A DNA stretch of 35,987 bases, from the NCBI GenBank assembly GCA_016212635.1, contig JACRFR010000023.1, positions 1 to 35,987 of the forward strand, in the 5' to 3' direction. Within the stretch, counting starts at the first letter, position 1, and each line of letters opens with the position of its first letter. The DNA comes from Candidatus Liptonbacteria bacterium. Lineage in GTDB: Bacteria; Patescibacteriota; Minisyncoccia; UBA6257; 2-01-FULL-56-20. The notes beneath the pieces were generated by a model. It saw nothing but the letters and a program-made list of their open reading frames with translations. It ran no database searches and was not told the origin of the DNA. Shown piece by piece: positions 32,503-35,987 of this stretch. Position numbers and translations under genes: made by a program.

Positions 32503-32880
32503 ATGAAAAGAATAATGCCGTTTTTTTCCGCGATTTCTGCGGACGGCGAGAATCCGGAATCGGTGCGATTACTAAACGTAATTGCCACCGAACCGGATAG
32601 CGGCGCAGGTTTCTCTTTCTGCTGGTGTCTAGGGGTGCGCACCGGTAGTTTTCGCCAAAACGGAAACTACGGGTCCATCTCGTTATATCAGCAGGAGGGA
32701 GGCTTAATTCTCCGTATAGGTGATTCTGCGGAGAACTTCCCAACCCGGATACATAACGGCCAGTCCGTAGTGCTCTGGGTCGGCCGTGCCGCTCTCGCCA
32801 CCCGCCGGCGCGAGATCGTGCGGGCCATCGTGGCCTATGCGATCTCCGGCGACCCTTCGGTCCTGGGAGACGGCAAGTAA
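32503..32880 (+). CDS. hypothetical protein (~125 aa)
   Basis: ORF from ATG 32503 followed by a strong hairpin; no family recognised. Confidence 0.5.
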   Translation: MKRIMPFFSAISADGENPESVRLLNVIATEPDSGAGFSFCWCLGVRTGSFRQNGNYGSISLYQQEGGLILRIGDSAENFPTRIHNGQSVVLWVGRAALATRRREIVRAIVAYAISGDPSVLGDGK

Positions 32881-32909
32881 CACCTGCCGTTTCCCTAAGC
32901 CAATCCAGC

Positions 32910-32942
32910 CCCAGTGGTCCGATTCAAGATCGGACCACTGGG
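32910..32942 (+). terminator. 14-bp-stem hairpin, possible terminator
   Basis: CCCAGTGGTCCGAT-tcaag-ATCGGACCACTGGG; weak U-tract. Confidence 0.45.
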
Positions 32943-32967
32943 CGCAGTTCTTATCTGAAGATGACTG

Positions 32968-33055
32968 CCCGTGCAGTCATTCCGAGGTATTCCGAGGAAT
33001 CTCGTAATCAAAAAATCAGATTTTTCGCACGACCCAGAATGACTAACTGCACGGG
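32968..33055. repeat. REP-like composite hairpin (GTCATTCCGAG…GAATCT…AGATT…AGAATGAC)
   Basis: Closing arms CCCGTGCAG/CTGCACGGG and GTCATTC/GAATGAC. Confidence 0.6.
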
Positions 33056-33060
33056 ATATC

Positions 33061-33091
33061 ATCTTCAGGTCGGAGACTTATCCCGACCTGA
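33061..33091. repeat. hairpin repeat, copy 1 (ATCTTCAGGTCGGA…GACCTGA)
   Basis: 14-bp identity with 33747-33760. Confidence 0.65.
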
Positions 33092-33251
33092 CTCCAGATC
33101 ACCATGTCAGTTAAAATATCCAATATTTCATTTAGACCAGAACAAACCCCTTCTTGGATAAGGGTCGGTTTGGTTTGTCTGCGGTCTAATAAGCCAAGCG
33201 CCTCTCCTCCGGGAAAGGCGTCAGCGTTTTCCGGAGAAAGCACTTTGACGC

Positions 33252-33644
33252 ATGAAAAACCAAAATTACGAATCTGTTTGCGAACGGATAATCACCGGCT
33301 CCGGAATCGGAGTGGTGGGCGACTGCCAAGCATATCTCGGACCAGCCATCCGCTGGCTGGCCGGAGTAGAAAACGGGAGTTACTGCCAGGTGCGAACCGG
33401 TACGGCAATCCACTTGGTCTGGCTGCGCCAAGAATTGGGCCGGTTAGCCGCCTCGCTCGCGGTCGGGCAACTGACGGCGAACGAGATGGACGGCTTGTTG
33501 CGCATGCGCGGCAAGCTGGCCGAACCCTTGCCGCGGATCCCGTTCCATCGGCGCGCCAGGATCATTCGATTTTGCCAGGCGCTACAGGTCGTCTGCCATA
33601 TTGGCTCGAAACGCGCCCGCAACATGCTCCGTGGCAGGGGATAG
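33252..33644 (+). CDS. hypothetical protein (130 aa)
   Basis: ATG-started ORF between two hairpin repeats; no family recognised. Confidence 0.5.
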   Translation: MKNQNYESVCERIITGSGIGVVGDCQAYLGPAIRWLAGVENGSYCQVRTGTAIHLVWLRQELGRLAASLAVGQLTANEMDGLLRMRGKLAEPLPRIPFHRRARIIRFCQALQVVCHIGSKRARNMLRGRG

Positions 33645-33746
33645 TATGCCCCGCCGATTCACCTTGCGGCTCCCGGAAAGCACGCGCCTCCGGGAGCCGC
33701 ACATAATCTAACTTCTTATCCGAAGATTGATCCGCCCCGCGTGCCA

Positions 33747-33773
33747 ATCTTCAGGTCGGAAGTATTGACCTGA
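33747..33773. repeat. hairpin repeat, copy 2 (ATCTTCAGGTCGGA…GACCTGA)
   Basis: Direct repeat of 33061-33091. Confidence 0.65.
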
Positions 33774-33892
33774 TACTTGCACCTTTACATGTTTCCGGTT
33801 TGGGAGAAGATAGTGCGAATTTGCGCGAATCTATACGCGAATCTACGCGAATAGAATATTCTCCCAGGCCGGAAAGGAGCCGCCTGGCGCGT

Positions 33893-34075
33893 ATGACACC
33901 ACAAGAAACATTAGAGACCGTCACGCCCAGGATGGCCGACGGGGTTCCACTCAACCCCGAGGAATTCTGGGCTGGCGCCGAGGAGTTGCTCCCCGGCACT
34001 ATCGAAGAGGAGCTCTTCCCCGAGGCCGCCGCCGAGGCGGCCAAAAGGAAAGAAAGGGAAGAGTGCTGGGCATGA
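33893..34075 (+). CDS. small acidic hypothetical protein (60 aa)
   Basis: ATG 33893 with upstream AGGAG; the longer ORF start is derived from a GCGAAT repeat tract (33814-33852). Confidence 0.4.
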   Translation: MTPQETLETVTPRMADGVPLNPEEFWAGAEELLPGTIEEELFPEAAAEAAKRKEREECWA

Positions 34076-34134
34076 AAACCCGAGTGAGCGCAAACAACGC
34101 GCTCGCTCGGGTCCCACTTAACAATTTGAAATTT

Positions 34135-34170
34135 ACCCCCTCCTTTTCTAAGGAGGGGGTAAGGGGAGGT
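34135..34170 (-). repeat. REP-like hairpin, DUF559-associated family
   Basis: ACCCCCTCCTT-ttct-AAGGAGGGGGT-AAGGGGAGGT. Confidence 0.75.
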
Positions 34171-34199
34171 CGAATTGATATGCCAAAGCAATACCACCC

Positions 34200-35555
34200 A
34201 TGAACAATAAGAATTTTAAAACCGTTCTCATTCTCGGTTTCGGCCGCTTCGGCAAACTTCTGGCCGAGATCCTTAAGCCAGATTTTGACGTGGCCGTTTT
34301 CAGCCATCGGGACGTGCAGGCCGAGGCGGCTACTCTTGGCGTCAAGCAGCTGCCGCTCCAGGAAGGCCTGCGCCGGGACGCCGTGTTTTTCGCCGCCCCA
34401 ATCTCCAAATTTGAGCAGGCGTTGAACGAATGTCTGCCATTTCTCAAAGAAGCCAGGCCGAAACTTCTACTCGACGTTCTCTCGGTCAAAACCTACCCCA
34501 AAACTGTTTTCGAGCGTTTCCTACCTCCCGAGCAGGAAGCGCTTTTGACCCATCCCATGTTCGGTCCCGACAGCGTCCGACTGAACGGCGGCCTGAAGGA
34601 TCTGCCTATCATGCTGGACAAGTTCCGAGCATCCGAGGAAAGTTATCGCTTCTGGTCGGAGTATTTCCGGGGTAAAGGCCTGCGCGTGGTCGAGATGTCC
34701 GCCGAGGAGCACGATGAGCATGCCGCCCGGAGTCAGGGAGTGGCGCACTTCATCGGCCGGGTGTTGGAGGACCTGCGTTACTCACCGACCCCCATAGACA
34801 CGCTGGGTGCTCGGAAGTTACTGGAAGTGGAAGAGCTCGCGCGCAATGATGCCTGGGAGCTGTTCGCTGACCTTCAGAATATGAATCCCTACACCAAAGC
34901 CATGCGGGTGGAGTTGGGCGGAGCGGTGGAGCGAATTTACAACCGGCTTCTGCCCAATCGGGTTGATCCCGACACGCTGGTGGTCGGTATCCAGGGTGGT
35001 CGGGGTAGTTTCAATGAGCAAGCGGCAAGGTATTATCTGGAACGTACCGGCGTCGAACAACACGACATCCGATACCTACATACTACCGAGAACGTGCTCC
35101 AAGCCCTCCACGAAGGTAATGTCGATCGCGGGCAGTTTGCGATCCACAACTCGGTCGGCGGAGTGGTCGGAGAAAGCATCGAGGCCATGGCCAGGTATAA
35201 GTTTCGCATCGTGGAGGAGTTCGCGATTCAAATTTCTCACGCGCTAATGGTTCATCCGGACGCCGATCTGGCCCGAGTGGATACCATCATGACTCATCCC
35301 CAGGTTTTGGCGCAGTGCAAGCGAACGCTCGCCGAGAAGTATCCGCGGCTCCGGCAGGTGAGCGGCGAAGGGGACTTGATCGACCATGCCCTGGTGGCGG
35401 AAAAACTCGGCCATGGGGAACTGCCCAAGAGCATCGCCACCATGGGCAGCGCGCTTTTGGCCGAACTGAATAATCTCCATATTATCGAAGATCACCTGGA
35501 AGATCAGAAAGAGAACTTTACCAGCTTCCTCTGGGTCGAACGCCCTACAAGTTAA
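34200..35555 (+). CDS. bifunctional prephenate dehydrogenase (TyrA-like) / prephenate dehydratase (PheA-like), no ACT domain
   Basis: N-term GFGRFG, DVLSVK, THPMFGPD, EEHDEHAARSQGVAH; C-term QGGRGSFNEQAA, HNSVGGVV, THPQVLAQC, EDQKENFTSF. Confidence 0.9.
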   Translation: MNNKNFKTVLILGFGRFGKLLAEILKPDFDVAVFSHRDVQAEAATLGVKQLPLQEGLRRDAVFFAAPISKFEQALNECLPFLKEARPKLLLDVLSVKTYPKTVFERFLPPEQEALLTHPMFGPDSVRLNGGLKDLPIMLDKFRASEESYRFWSEYFRGKGLRVVEMSAEEHDEHAARSQGVAHFIGRVLEDLRYSPTPIDTLGARKLLEVEELARNDAWELFADLQNMNPYTKAMRVELGGAVERIYNRLLPNRVDPDTLVVGIQGGRGSFNEQAARYYLERTGVEQHDIRYLHTTENVLQALHEGNVDRGQFAIHNSVGGVVGESIEAMARYKFRIVEEFAIQISHALMVHPDADLARVDTIMTHPQVLAQCKRTLAEKYPRLRQVSGEGDLIDHALVAEKLGHGELPKSIATMGSALLAELNNLHIIEDHLEDQKENFTSFLWVERPTS

Positions 35556-35622
35556 TCCCTCTGACCTGGCCGCAATCGTGTCCCCTCCGCCCCTGTCTCC
35601 CTCCGCCTCCCGTCCCCGCCCT

Positions 35623-35745
35623 GGCGCTGTTTGGAAACCACCGATTTTATTGCCCGAGCTTGTCGAGGGCCATGCCATGTACCCGCCAATAAGCTACCCT
35701 TCCACGGGCTCAGGGAATAACTTTTTGACGTTTTCGAACAGCGCC
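35623..35745 (-). mobile_element. 123-bp MITE-like element, copy 3 (both TIRs intact)
   Basis: GGCGCTGTTTGGAAAC…GTTTTCGAACAGCGCC (14/16 inverted match). Confidence 0.85.
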
Positions 35746-35855
35746 CCCCTACTCTTGCCATTCTCTATGAGATTACGTACTAGTACATGAGTACAGTACA
35801 CGCGCGCCGCCCTGTCCCCACTGGCCGGTTGAGTCCGGTTAAGTCTCAGTATTTT

Positions 35856-35987
35856 CTAATCGACAAATGAGCCCGAAATAGCCTGGGCGTAGATGGTCGG
35901 TAATTGAGGCTTGAAATGGATGGTTTTGAATAATTCGGCCTTGGCTTTTTGCATGGCAACAGCACACTCGTTATCGCTTTGCCCCAA
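35856..35987 (-). CDS. C-terminal fragment of an unknown gene running off the window
   Basis: Open frame from the window edge: LGQSDNECAVAMQKAKAELFKTIHFKPQLPTIYAQAISGSFVD*. Confidence 0.45.
   Translation of the reverse strand: MGQSDNECAVAMQKAKAELFKTIHFKPQLPTIYAQAISGSFVD

Noticed and set aside
1-35987. tRNA, rRNA, riboswitches, or alternative genetic code 25
   Set aside because: No cloverleaf or rRNA motifs were recognised by eye (an Infernal/tRNAscan run would be decisive); TGA ends several conserved genes such as alaS and gpsA, consistent with code 11.

Overview
About 36 kb of bacterial chromosome, genetic code 11, with nearly all genes on the + strand. Gene content suggests Patescibacteria/CPR (Parcubacteria-like); this is inference from the C-terminally truncated AlaRS, two short wHTH+Cas2-like 'PaaX' genes, DUF3467, DUF2090, PGI/PMI and several leaderless-type promoters. 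Housekeeping and metabolic genes include alaS, a P-type ATPase, gpsA, a CcdA/thioredoxin redox cluster, glycerate kinase, ppsA, a D-2-hydroxyacid dehydrogenase, glutaredoxin, ndh, a Glu/Leu/Phe/Val dehydrogenase, tldD/E, LOG, PGI/PMI and a TyrA-PheA fusion. They are interspersed with TA-like pairs (MNT-HEPN, small protein+PIN), a DUF559 pseudogene and a dense set of small repeats. Main observations: (1) each PaaX/Cas2-like gene is bracketed by its own family of 36-46 bp palindromes, and orphan palindromes of the same size occur elsewhere; (2) an unannotated 31-aa Phe/Tyr-rich leader peptide with terminator/antiterminator lies upstream of the ACT-less TyrA-PheA fusion; (3) several repeat families have inserted in-frame into proteins; (4) there are MITE-like elements with terminal inverted repeats. 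No rRNA, tRNA, CRISPR array or intact transposase was recognised. All calls come from reading motifs by eye, without database searches.
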